Shown: positions 38,879 through 48,508 of the stretch, piece after piece
Position numbering within the stretch: the stretch's first letter is position 1
Layout of the letters: every line of letters starts with the position of its first letter
DNA from: a virus
Taxonomy: Duplodnaviria; Caudoviricetes
IMG/VR virus record: IMGVR_UViG_3300032737_000190
Location: 1-55,123 of that record
Strand: one strand, 5' to 3'
DNA length: 55,123 bases
Translations under genes and position numbers: made by a program
The notes under the pieces: model-generated
What the model was told of the DNA's origin: nothing
The model's input: the letters and a program-made list of their open reading frames with translations, nothing else
Database searches by the model: none

Positions 38879-40606
38879 TTAAGTTTTCAATTCTCTCTTA
38901 AATGCTTCCATTAGCGTACTCTTTCTTGTCTCAAAGAAATCCGGAAAATCCTCGTATTCTAAGGATATGCCATCTGGAATATAATGCTTTCGAAAGTAAT
39001 CTCTGCGACTTAGATCGTCAGGGCATTTTTCGGTAAGCCAATCCTTAAATGGCTTATTTGATTTTTCTTCATTTGGGATATCCTCAAGTAGTTGAAGATT
39101 CGGCAAGTAATCAACGTTTTCCAAATATTCTGAATGCCTATCAGGATCAATGCCTTCCGCCTTAAGTGATCGCTTATTAAACTTACTGCGCGGATGCATA
39201 TGATCAATATGAAACTTATTTCGGTAATCCAATGTTGGGTACAGCATAGAAAGAACCGAGAAGGTATGCCCTTTCCCATATTTTGAGTAGAGAAGATTTT
39301 CGATATCATCATCTGAAGAGATGAAGCTCTTCGGCGTTCCTTTAAATTTCTTAACAATTGAATCAAACGGAAACTTCGAGTGTTCTTTTTGTAATAGATT
39401 ACGCAGAGGTGTGAGTACATTATCTGGCTGTCCGCTGAAGATACGCTTGATGAGAGCAATAATCAGCCACTTACGAATAAACTTTCGATCTTCTAAATAT
39501 TCCCCAGATTGTACAAACGAAGAAGGATTACCTTTTTGCAAAATATAATAAGCAATGGGTATAAGTGCATTATTGGAAGTGAGTGTCGATTGATTATAGC
39601 CATATGATGCAACGAGTTCTGTTGTGAGTCGTAATGCCTTTTTGATGTCATCCCATTTTCCTTCTATCTTATGCATATTGCTGCGATTAAAGTTATCTAC
39701 TTTAAATCCGATATCTTTAATATCAGCCAATACCAGACTTGCTTTAAGGACAAAATCTTTATTGAAAGCAAATCCATCACCGGTTGCATTTAGATCGTCT
39801 ACAAATTCGGTAATCTCTTCTCTTGCATTTCCTTCCCACTGAGCTGTAGCAATAGAAAGGAGAAGATCGGAATAGCTAAGAACCGTCCCTCCGCTGTTAA
39901 CTCGGATAAAAATATTAAGTACCTTGTCCAAATCTTGATCATGCTCCTGAAAGAAATTTATTAACTGCTTTTCAGTAATAACTTCAAATAGTTGAAATAA
40001 ACACTCTTCAGCGAACTGACTTTCAAGCAGCTCCTTCTCTCTTAGATATCCATTTACATCTCGCAGACTGCTAAATGTAAGTATTTTTACAACTTCGAAC
40101 CAATGTGTATTTTCGTCGCTTGCTTCTGCTTCGTCTTCAGTCAGAAACTGAAAATCATACTTGAGATCGTAATCCTTTGAATTACTCAGTAGGTTCAGAT
40201 ACAACTTTCTTTTGGGATACGCATTGTCATTGCTACGAGAATAATATGGAAGCTTATTAGCGTATGTCCCTTTAAGTCCAATATACAAAGATGAAAGTCG
40301 TTGCTGGCCATCCAAGATTGCAGTTACAGCCTCATCACCAATAACATTTGCTCTAGTATTATGAGGATTATCCCGTTCATGATAGTTACGAATAAACTCG
40401 TAAAACTGGTAATTCTCTACGTTTTCTCGATCCACTTTCCAAAATAAGAAGGAACCGATTGGGTAGCCACGCATAATGGAATCAAACAACTTTGAAATTT
40501 GATCCGTCTTCCAAACAAACTCTCGTTGTATTGCGGGCAGAAGATACTTCTTGGCATGTACTTGCTCAATAACTTCCTTTATTGATATTGGTAGTTCAAA
40601 TGGCAT
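38879..40606 (-). CDS. GmrSD-family (DUF262 plus DUF1524/HNH) modification-dependent restriction protein
   Basis: LPAIQREFVW, LDGQQRL, FIRVNSGG; HIDHMHP...NLQLL...NEEKS. Confidence 0.88.
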   Translation of the reverse strand: MPFELPISIKEVIEQVHAKKYLLPAIQREFVWKTDQISKLFDSIMRGYPIGSFLFWKVDRENVENYQFYEFIRNYHERDNPHNTRANVIGDEAVTAILDGQQRLSSLYIGLKGTYANKLPYYSRSNDNAYPKRKLYLNLLSNSKDYDLKYDFQFLTEDEAEASDENTHWFEVVKILTFSSLRDVNGYLREKELLESQFAEECLFQLFEVITEKQLINFFQEHDQDLDKVLNIFIRVNSGGTVLSYSDLLLSIATAQWEGNAREEITEFVDDLNATGDGFAFNKDFVLKASLVLADIKDIGFKVDNFNRSNMHKIEGKWDDIKKALRLTTELVASYGYNQSTLTSNNALIPIAYYILQKGNPSSFVQSGEYLEDRKFIRKWLIIALIKRIFSGQPDNVLTPLRNLLQKEHSKFPFDSIVKKFKGTPKSFISSDDDIENLLYSKYGKGHTFSVLSMLYPTLDYRNKFHIDHMHPRSKFNKRSLKAEGIDPDRHSEYLENVDYLPNLQLLEDIPNEEKSNKPFKDWLTEKCPDDLSRRDYFRKHYIPDGISLEYEDFPDFFETRKSTLMEAFKRELKT

Positions 40607-40634
40607 ATGCCATATAGCATAAGCTATTCTTAGC

Positions 40635-42095
40635 TTAAAGAGAATCCAAGATATGAAAAATCTCCACCATTGCGAGCGTGTCCAGTTCGCAATACTTCCG
40701 CATATGGCTACAAGTTTCTATTTTCTCTTGTTCACTTCTACCATCCGTCAGCATTCGATACCATGATAGTGATGCTGTACCACCTTCCTGAATCTCCAGG
40801 TCTTTGTACGAAAGTTCTGGCACGAGTACTGGTAGTACATCCTTAATCGAACAGCTGCCACGGAAATCAGGATGGACGTAGAGCTGCTTCCGAAAAATTT
40901 CCATCAGATCATACACACGTTCATTGATGCTCAGTAGAAACGGAGCATGAGCTGGCACAAGCTCAGCAATCTCTTTGTTGCGACTCATCTCAAAGCTCTT
41001 ATTCCACACGATGACACTACCATCGCTATCTATGTCTCCAGACAATCGCTGTGCCAGTGTTTCTGCAGGATTTTCCAGTGCATCAGCTAAGTATTCGTAG
41101 TGTTCCACTTCTGCATCTGGTTCGCGCAAAACATGCAGTGAATACTGGAAGACCATCTGCTGGTACGGTTTGTAGCCATCAAAAAGAGGAATCGCTGGAA
41201 AGAATGTTTCATAATCGAGGAAGTACAGTGGATATTCTAGTTTGGATAGCTCCTTTTTAATGTCCTTAGTCTCAATAATCGGCTTTCCGTCTCGTGCAGC
41301 TTGAACCTGACACACCTGTGCCGTGGAGAGTGAGTATTCCTGAGGTAAGTCCGTGATTGCACGGATGCCAGCTTCGTAGAGTTCTTGTGCTTTTGTAGTG
41401 CGAATGCGGCTGAGGTTAAAGACGGAGTAGTCAGGCAAGTCAGGGTAGCAATAATGAAGGCATGGGCAGTCTTTCGCGCTACAAGTACAAGTGACATCAG
41501 TACGAGTGGGTGTATCTTTTCGTTCTATGAGTTCGAGAGCCTTTTGCACTTGCGCTTCCACTTGCAACTCGACTTCGTTTACCTGATCGGTAATTTCTCC
41601 CACAGTGATGAACTCCTGCGGATCAATGTCTCCATGTTTCACAAAATCCTTGTTTACATGGGCAAGGAAGAGCTTTCCGATATCGTATCCTGCCTTGCGA
41701 AACGCTAAACGCTGGAAACAAACATCGTGGATGTGATCTTTTTTAACTTCGGTAGAACCTTTCACCTCGATGATATTCCAAAGATCGCCGTCTTTCTGCA
41801 GAACGTCTGCCATCGCCAGTAATCCCTCAGCTATTGCAGTTGCCTGATAGATGAGATTTTTACCATCAGCCGCCAGCTCCTGCGTTTTCTTCGCTCCTGC
41901 ATCATGGAACGCTTTAACATGTGCACCGCCTGGATAGAGTTTTCGGGCTACGTCCTCCACCATGTTTCCTTGTTCCAGAATCCACTGCACTTGTGCATCG
42001 TCCTCGCTCCCCTCTATATCAGTACGGCGGTTTTTCCAGAGCCAAAGATGGATCGGGCATTCGAGGTAACGAAGAAATTCTGACTTGGTGAGCAT
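40635..42095 (-). CDS. DUF2779 protein (paralog of 23836-25296)
   Basis: Also 486 aa; MLTKSEF...ECP, IIEVKGST, YFLDYET, FQYSLH, YCELDTLAMVEIF. Confidence 0.85.
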   Translation of the reverse strand: MLTKSEFLRYLECPIHLWLWKNRRTDIEGSEDDAQVQWILEQGNMVEDVARKLYPGGAHVKAFHDAGAKKTQELAADGKNLIYQATAIAEGLLAMADVLQKDGDLWNIIEVKGSTEVKKDHIHDVCFQRLAFRKAGYDIGKLFLAHVNKDFVKHGDIDPQEFITVGEITDQVNEVELQVEAQVQKALELIERKDTPTRTDVTCTCSAKDCPCLHYCYPDLPDYSVFNLSRIRTTKAQELYEAGIRAITDLPQEYSLSTAQVCQVQAARDGKPIIETKDIKKELSKLEYPLYFLDYETFFPAIPLFDGYKPYQQMVFQYSLHVLREPDAEVEHYEYLADALENPAETLAQRLSGDIDSDGSVIVWNKSFEMSRNKEIAELVPAHAPFLLSINERVYDLMEIFRKQLYVHPDFRGSCSIKDVLPVLVPELSYKDLEIQEGGTASLSWYRMLTDGRSEQEKIETCSHMRKYCELDTLAMVEIFHILDSL

Positions 42096-42192
42096 GTAAT
42101 TTTAGTCAAATGAGAGGTAATTGTACGCCAAATTAACACTGATGGGTAAGCAAAACTGGCGGTATACATCGGTACACCCTATAATGTGCGTA

Positions 42193-42990
42193 ATGTCATT
42201 AGATGGAGACTCTCAACGGCATACTAACAAGCCTACTAAATGGCGTGGAGTGCCAATCAAACACGCACTAGCAACTGTTGAGGGGCAACAATATTTAGCA
42301 GACCGAATTGCTCCAATGATAGCCCTACACATGCCAGCCATGCAGCAGTTACAAGAAGATATGCAAATGATTGCAGATGTAGCAAACAAGGCAATGGAGC
42401 CGTATCGTGAACTGGGACGACAGATGGGAAGGGCCATGGAAATGTACAGGCATCAAGCAGAACAAGTCGGCCGAGCAATTCGTAAGGCTCAACCGTATCT
42501 GGATGCAGTAAACAGGGAGATTGCTCGTCGCAATGCAATAAATGTTACGGCAACAGTAGTCACTGCAAATGAAGAAATGGAGAGTGAATCGAAAGCAATT
42601 ACTGTCCAAACTTCGAAACCTGACGATTGGCTACCATACCAACTGAAAGGTTCTACCGAATTATGTTCTTCTGTAGCAATCCATTTTGGAAGACAAATTA
42701 TACAATTCCGCTATCAAGACGGTTGGGTTTGTCGCAATATTCAGCCTCTACAAATGCAGATTGTAGAATTTCTCTGGCGGGAATGTACGGGTGGAGACAC
42801 GCGAGGCTATGCGGTAAAGGAATTGGGTATTGAGCTTACAGATGGCAATAACAAACCACGTTGTAGCAGTTCTATTTGCGGTCGTATCAATGAAGTAAAT
42901 GAATTAGCCAGACCATTTACCTACTTGAATCTGATTATTTCCGATAATGGTAGGCGTAGATTCAATCAACTGTTATTCCAGATACAATAA
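42193..42990 (+). CDS. Hypothetical protein with putative C-terminal winged-helix DNA-binding domain
   Basis: Helical N-terminal half; QMQIVEFLW...YAVKELGIEL...SSICGRINEVN...LIISDNGRRRFN; TATAAT 7 nt before ATG 42193. Confidence 0.55.
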   Translation: MSLDGDSQRHTNKPTKWRGVPIKHALATVEGQQYLADRIAPMIALHMPAMQQLQEDMQMIADVANKAMEPYRELGRQMGRAMEMYRHQAEQVGRAIRKAQPYLDAVNREIARRNAINVTATVVTANEEMESESKAITVQTSKPDDWLPYQLKGSTELCSSVAIHFGRQIIQFRYQDGWVCRNIQPLQMQIVEFLWRECTGGDTRGYAVKELGIELTDGNNKPRCSSSICGRINEVNELARPFTYLNLIISDNGRRRFNQLLFQIQ

Positions 42991-42992
42991 AA

Positions 42993-43024
42993 CGTTAACG
43001 GGATCGTTAACGAAATCATTAACG
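42993..43024. repeat. Three 12-bp-period repeats with palindromic CGTTAACG core
   Basis: CGTTAACG at 42993 and 43005; CATTAACG at 43017. Confidence 0.75.
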
Positions 43025-43183
43025 GTAAAGACTATTTAGTAATCACAATGCGTATTTGCAAGGTGAGATATTTCGCTTTATGACAGTAAGAATCAGCGGC
43101 TACTAAAAATTACTACAGCTCAGTCGTTGCAAAGAAAGCATCGTTCGTCGCATTCAATAGACACTCATTTCTTTGTAAATCTT

Positions 43184-44473
43184 ATGACTGATCCACTCCA
43201 AATCCACACAGTCGCAATCAGCGACCTCAACCCTGCTCCATATAACCCACGTAAGTGGGGTACTAAACAGGAGAAAGACCTGATCGAAAGCATCAAACGC
43301 TTTGGGTTCGTCGATCCGCTGATCGTCAACGGAGCGGATGAACGACTAAATGTAGTCATCGGGGGGCACTTCCGACTGCACATCGCTCGTAAACTGGGCA
43401 TGACTGAAGTGCCAGTGGTATACATATCGATTCCAGAAATTGAAAAGGAGAAAGAGCTAAACTTGAGATTGAACCGTAACCTCGGGAGCTGGGATTTTGA
43501 AATGCTTAAAGAGTTCGATGTCAGTCAGCTTATAGATGTAGGTTTTGAAGACGCTGATCTTAGTAATATCTGGGACGATGCACTGGAAGCCGATGATGAT
43601 GGATTTAACACAGAGGAAGCACTTGAGGAGATCAAAGAGCCTACGACGAAGCTGGGTGACTACTACGCACTTGGCAACAGTCGTCTGTACTGTGGTGATG
43701 CCACAATTTCAGAGGTAGTGGCAATTCTCACGCAAGGCCATACGCCCTCCATGTTGTACTGCGATCCGCCCTATAATATTGGGCTTTCGTATAACTCAGG
43801 AATCGGAGGCAAGAAAAATTACGGAGGGTCGACCAACGACAACAAAACCGATGATGAGTACCGTACATTTCTGCAGGCTACGATCCGAAACGGACTCAAG
43901 TACTCAACTGATGACATTCATGTTTTCTACTGGTGCGACTCCAACGCCATAGGACTTGTGCAGAACCTCTACCGAGAGGAAAGCGTAACACCACGCCGAG
44001 TAGCACTGTGGGTAAAGAACAATGCCAACATCACACCGCAGATTGCCTTTAGTAAAGTGCATGAACCCTGCGTCTATGGCACTCGTGGTACGCCGTACTT
44101 GTCAGATCGCATGCAGCAATTGACCGAAGTGTTAAACAAGGAAGTTGGCACAGGAAACCGTTGCATCGAAGACGTTATGGATATTTTAGATATATGGCTG
44201 GAACGGCGACTGCCGACCGAGCAATACCGTCATCCCACGGAAAAACCTCCGACCCTGCACGAGAAGCCGCTACGACGTTGCACAAAGCCCGGTGACACCG
44301 TTCTCGACTTATTTGGTGGCTCGGGTAGCACCCTAATTGCGTGCGAGCAGATGAAGCGCATTGCGCTCCTCTGTGAAATTGAACCTGTCTTTTGTGATCT
44401 TATCCTTCTTCGTTATGAGCAAATCACTGGAAACAAACCAGTTCAGCTCGCTTGCGGTTGGCAGCGTAGTTGA
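43184..44473 (+). CDS. ParB/Srx-domain DNA methyltransferase, core B
   Basis: YNPRK, DPLIVN, GGHFR; DPPY, HPTEKP, DLFGGSGST. Confidence 0.9.
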   Translation: MTDPLQIHTVAISDLNPAPYNPRKWGTKQEKDLIESIKRFGFVDPLIVNGADERLNVVIGGHFRLHIARKLGMTEVPVVYISIPEIEKEKELNLRLNRNLGSWDFEMLKEFDVSQLIDVGFEDADLSNIWDDALEADDDGFNTEEALEEIKEPTTKLGDYYALGNSRLYCGDATISEVVAILTQGHTPSMLYCDPPYNIGLSYNSGIGGKKNYGGSTNDNKTDDEYRTFLQATIRNGLKYSTDDIHVFYWCDSNAIGLVQNLYREESVTPRRVALWVKNNANITPQIAFSKVHEPCVYGTRGTPYLSDRMQQLTEVLNKEVGTGNRCIEDVMDILDIWLERRLPTEQYRHPTEKPPTLHEKPLRRCTKPGDTVLDLFGGSGSTLIACEQMKRIALLCEIEPVFCDLILLRYEQITGNKPVQLACGWQRS

Positions 44474-45209
44474 ACTTGGACACCATCGGCTCTTGGTTGG
44501 CGATTGTCTCGATACGGCTCTCGTCGCTCAGTTTCTCCACGGCGAGCAGATCGACCTTCTACTAACAGATCCTCCGTATGGCATCGCCTATGTGGAAGGC
44601 AAAACAGCATTCACTGGAAACGTATCGCATAAACCGATTGCCAATGATGGCGAGCAGAGCGAAGCGCAGTACCGTCGATTTACTCGTGACTGGCTGTTTG
44701 CCTCAAAACCGTTCTACACCAAAAAGAATGCTGCGTACATTTTCCACGCTGACCGCATGCTCTTTGCATTACGTGGTGGCATGGAAGATGCAGGGTGGAA
44801 GTTCGGGCAAATGCTTATCTGGCTCAAGACTGCAGCGGTCATTGGTCGACTTGATTACTTACCTCAGCACGAACTCGTCGCCTACGGCTGGTGCGGAACA
44901 CATTTATTTCGACGCAGTAAGGACAAGAGCCTTCTCATTCATCCACGGCCAAGCAAAAGCAAGCTACATCCGACGATGAAACCTGTGGGGCTACTACGAA
45001 GATTGATTCTGAACAGCACAAGTACTGGGGCAACTGTGTACGACCCATTCGGTGGCTCTGGCTCAACACTAATTGCCTGCGAACAAACGAAACGACGCTG
45101 TCTGATGGTGGAACTTGACCCGAAGTACTGCAAAGTGATTGCGAAGCGTTACGAAAAACTCACTGGCACCACTCCTGTTATCCGCTCCCCCTTACCCCAT
45201 GCCCGCTAA
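44415..45209 (+). CDS. DNA methyltransferase (N6/N4), core B
   Basis: DPPY, HPTMKP, DPFGGSGST; start position uncertain. Confidence 0.9.
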   Translation: MSKSLETNQFSSLAVGSVVELGHHRLLVGDCLDTALVAQFLHGEQIDLLLTDPPYGIAYVEGKTAFTGNVSHKPIANDGEQSEAQYRRFTRDWLFASKPFYTKKNAAYIFHADRMLFALRGGMEDAGWKFGQMLIWLKTAAVIGRLDYLPQHELVAYGWCGTHLFRRSKDKSLLIHPRPSKSKLHPTMKPVGLLRRLILNSTSTGATVYDPFGGSGSTLIACEQTKRRCLMVELDPKYCKVIAKRYEKLTGTTPVIRSPLPHAR

Positions 45210-45654
45210 ACGCACACGTAAATCATCTGCTTCTGTACAAGCCAGAAAGTCACAAGAGCAGGAGCAATTGCTAATGCAGCTCAAGAAAACACCAGTCATC
45301 CAGATTGCCTGTGAAAAAACAGGTGTAAGCAGGGCATCGTACTACCGCTGGCGAAAGGAAGATGAAGAGTTTTCCTATGACTGCGATAAGGCACTTAGTG
45401 AAGGCAAACAACTCGTGAACGACCTTGCTGAATCACAACTGCTGGCAGCCATTCGTGACGGACACATGACGGCCATTATTTATTGGCTCAAGCACCATCA
45501 TAAAGACTATGAAACCCGTGTTGCCGTAACAGCCACGGTCAAACAGCAGGATGAACTCACGCCCGAACAGGAGGCCACTGTGAAGCAAGCACTAACCCTT
45601 GGACAACTATTACCCCCAGCATCTGATGATGGAACTGAACCCAATGTTGACTGA
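45199..45654 (+). CDS. HTH protein, terminase small subunit-like, core B
   Basis: ACEKTGVSRASYYRWRKE, AIIYWLKHH; homolog of 7703-8203. Confidence 0.7.
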   Translation: MPAKRTRKSSASVQARKSQEQEQLLMQLKKTPVIQIACEKTGVSRASYYRWRKEDEEFSYDCDKALSEGKQLVNDLAESQLLAAIRDGHMTAIIYWLKHHHKDYETRVAVTATVKQQDELTPEQEATVKQALTLGQLLPPASDDGTEPNVD

Positions 45655-47089
45655 ACGGTTGATTAAAGATGCTGCTGTACGGCGACAAGTTACGAAGGAG
45701 AGTCACCTGTGGTTCTTTCATCTCTACTTCTCGCACTACGTGCAGTACGAAATTGCACCGTTTCATCGAGAGATGTTTAAAACAACCGAAGATCCAGAAG
45801 CAAAGACATCGGTGATTCTTGCCTTTAGAGGTTCTGCAAAGTCAACCATCATCAGTATGTCGTACCCGATCTGGGCGATTCTCGGCAAGCTAGAGAAGAA
45901 ATTTGTATTGATCCTTGGTCTAACCCAACATCAGGCTCGCCAGCACCTTAAGAACATCAAGGACGAGCTGGAACGTAACCAACTACTTCGGAATGACCTT
46001 GGACCATTTGAAGAACGTGAGGAGTGGAATGCCTACAGTCTCGTCATACCAAAGTATGGAGCAAAGATTATGGCGGTATCAACCGACCAGTCAGTACGAG
46101 GATTACGACATGGACCACACCGCCCCGATCTTATTATCTGCGATGACATCGAAGACTTGGTGTCTGTAAAAACCAAAGAGAGTAGAGATAAGGTTGATGC
46201 CTTTGTCTCTGGTGAAGTAATACCTGCTGGAGATAGAAACACGAAAGTGGTCTTCGTTGGAAACCTCCTTCATGAAGACTCACTGCTTATGCGACTGAAA
46301 GATCGTATCGAAGCGGATGAACTAGAGGGTACATTCCAGCGTTATCCACTACTGGATGAAAATGACGTACCTCTGTGGCCAGGAAAATTTCCAAGTACGC
46401 AGTACATTGAAAAAGAAAAGAAGCGTGTTGGTGATGAGTCGTCGTGGCACCGAGAATATTTGCTGACAATCCTCTCCACGGCAGAACGTGTCATACGACC
46501 AGAGTGGATACAGTTTTACGACGAACATCCGACTATTCAGCAGGACGGATACTTCTGTACTGCGATTGGCATCGATCTGGCAATTTCTCTTCGTGATAGT
46601 GCTGATTATACGGCTATGGTGGCTGCCCGCATCTTCCATGAAAACGGTGTGCGTAAAATCTATATACTACCTAATCCGATCAACGAGAGACTGACTTCAC
46701 TGGAGACATTGGATCGTGCGAAACAAATGGCTGATATTCTTGATAAGAAGAGCAAGACACGCATTTTTATCGAAGATGTCGGGTACCAAGGCTCATTGGT
46801 TGAACATCTGAAGGAAGCCAGTTACAAAGCGGAGGGGGTGAAGCTGAAGGGATCAGATAAGCGGAGTCGTCTGGCACTGGCAGCAAGAGCTGTGCAGGAC
46901 GGCACAGTGGTATTTCCGAGGCACGGCTGCGAAGATCTCATAAACCAAATGGTGAATTTTGGGATCGAAAAGCACGACGATTTAGCGGATGCATTTTCAA
47001 TGCTTGTGCTGCAGGCAACCAGTATCAAGCGAAGACGTGCGATGTTTGTGACATTAGATGACAGCTGGCTCTATAAGTCGTCTTTTTGA
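45626..47089 (+). CDS. terL: Phage terminase large subunit-like protein, core B
   Basis: AFRGSAKST, LIICDDIED, GIDLA...DYTA, HDDLADA. Confidence 0.88.
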   Translation: MMELNPMLTERLIKDAAVRRQVTKESHLWFFHLYFSHYVQYEIAPFHREMFKTTEDPEAKTSVILAFRGSAKSTIISMSYPIWAILGKLEKKFVLILGLTQHQARQHLKNIKDELERNQLLRNDLGPFEEREEWNAYSLVIPKYGAKIMAVSTDQSVRGLRHGPHRPDLIICDDIEDLVSVKTKESRDKVDAFVSGEVIPAGDRNTKVVFVGNLLHEDSLLMRLKDRIEADELEGTFQRYPLLDENDVPLWPGKFPSTQYIEKEKKRVGDESSWHREYLLTILSTAERVIRPEWIQFYDEHPTIQQDGYFCTAIGIDLAISLRDSADYTAMVAARIFHENGVRKIYILPNPINERLTSLETLDRAKQMADILDKKSKTRIFIEDVGYQGSLVEHLKEASYKAEGVKLKGSDKRSRLALAARAVQDGTVVFPRHGCEDLINQMVNFGIEKHDDLADAFSMLVLQATSIKRRRAMFVTLDDSWLYKSSF

Positions 47090-47100
47090 AGCTATTTATA

Positions 47101-47148
47101 GGCATTAGAGCTGGCTCTTGCAACACCTATCCGGCATCAATTGTAGGT
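47101..47148 (+). promoter_or_regulatory. Conserved pre-recombinase motif, copy B
   Basis: Ungapped match to 9682-9729; also carries CACCTAT, as does the 34-bp repeat. Confidence 0.55.
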
Positions 47149-47174
47149 AGATTTAACCATTCACCCACATTTCT

Positions 47175-48506
47175 ATGCCGACAGCAGTCGCACCACCACT
47201 GGCGCAAACAGACACGCAAATACCAATAGAAAACAAGCCTCTTCGCTATTGCCTTTACGCTCGTAAATCGAGCGAAGAAGACGAGCGACAAGCTCTTTCC
47301 ATCGACTCGCAGATACAAGAAATGACAGAATTAGCGAAGCGTGATGGTGCAGAAATCGAAGAGATACTAAAAGAAAGCCATTCTGCAAAAGCGTCTGGGA
47401 ATAGGCCAGTTTATCAGAAGATGCTACAACTTATTGAAGAGGATGAATTCGATGCAATACTGACATGGGCACCTGATCGACTCAGTAGAAATGCTGGCGA
47501 TCTCGGTACACTTGTGGATTTGATGGATCGAGGCAAATTGAAATGCATCCGTACCCATGGGCAGACCTTCACCAATAACCCTAACGAGAAGTTCCTACTC
47601 ATGATTCTCTGCTCGCAGGCAAAGCTGGAAAATGACAACAGGGGTATCAATGTGAAGCGAGGCCTAAAGACCAGAGCACAGATGGGATACCGTCCCTGCA
47701 TGGCACCGCTTGGTTACCTTCATGAACGACTAGCAGGTGCAACACAAAGTCGAATAGTGGTAGATCAAGAGCGTGGTGAAGCGATTGGAGAAATGTTTGA
47801 GCTTGTTGCGTACAAGGGTGCAAGTGGAAGGAAATTAGCCGAATGGCTTTACAATGAGAAAGGAATACGAACTCGCAAAGGCAAGAAGATTACTCTCAGC
47901 ATGATTTATAGGATGCTACATAATCCCTTCTATACTGGAAGGTTTGCATGGAACGGTGTGATGCAAGATGGAGACTATGAACCACTGGTGACAAAAGAGT
48001 TGTTTGATGAAGTGCAAAAGCTACTAGATATGAATAAGGCACACGACAAAGCGTGGGGCACAAAGGACTTTGCCTTCGTACGGATGATGACCTGCGGTTC
48101 TTGCAGCTCAGGTGTGACTGCGGAGGAAAAGTTCAAGAAGCTGAAGAACGGTACCGTGAAACGATATGTCTACTACCGCTGTACCCATGCCAAAGACCTC
48201 AAGTGCAAGGAGAAAGCGATTCGAGAAGACAATCTGATCGAGGAGCTACTCGGCCTAATCGAGAAGTTGGATCTGGATACGTCAAGTGTGCGAAAGAAGC
48301 TGCAAGATGAGATGGATCGGTATGCAAAATTCTCAGACGTTCTTGGAATAGATGTAGAGATGCAAAAGAAATTACGTGAGATTGACGGCCTGAAGTATGC
48401 TGAATACATCCTTCGGGAAGGAGGGAGTGAAGAGAAACGGAGTTTGCTGGAGAGTATTAAAAGCAAAATATTCCTACATGGAACTAGGATTACTTTAGAA
48501 AACTAA
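47175..48506 (+). CDS. Large serine recombinase, core B
   Basis: CLYARKSSE, DRLSRN, CGSC...YYRC...C; close homolog of 9757-11130. Confidence 0.95.
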   Translation: MPTAVAPPLAQTDTQIPIENKPLRYCLYARKSSEEDERQALSIDSQIQEMTELAKRDGAEIEEILKESHSAKASGNRPVYQKMLQLIEEDEFDAILTWAPDRLSRNAGDLGTLVDLMDRGKLKCIRTHGQTFTNNPNEKFLLMILCSQAKLENDNRGINVKRGLKTRAQMGYRPCMAPLGYLHERLAGATQSRIVVDQERGEAIGEMFELVAYKGASGRKLAEWLYNEKGIRTRKGKKITLSMIYRMLHNPFYTGRFAWNGVMQDGDYEPLVTKELFDEVQKLLDMNKAHDKAWGTKDFAFVRMMTCGSCSSGVTAEEKFKKLKNGTVKRYVYYRCTHAKDLKCKEKAIREDNLIEELLGLIEKLDLDTSSVRKKLQDEMDRYAKFSDVLGIDVEMQKKLREIDGLKYAEYILREGGSEEKRSLLESIKSKIFLHGTRITLEN

Positions 48507-48508
48507 AG

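Larger units (their letters stand above)
43184..48506 (+). mobile_element. Terminase/methyltransferase/serine-recombinase core B
   Basis: Syntenic homolog of core A. Confidence 0.7.

Noticed and set aside
43184-48506. Core B as an assembly duplicate of core A
   Set aside because: The two cores differ extensively in nucleotide and amino-acid sequence and have different flanking cargo.
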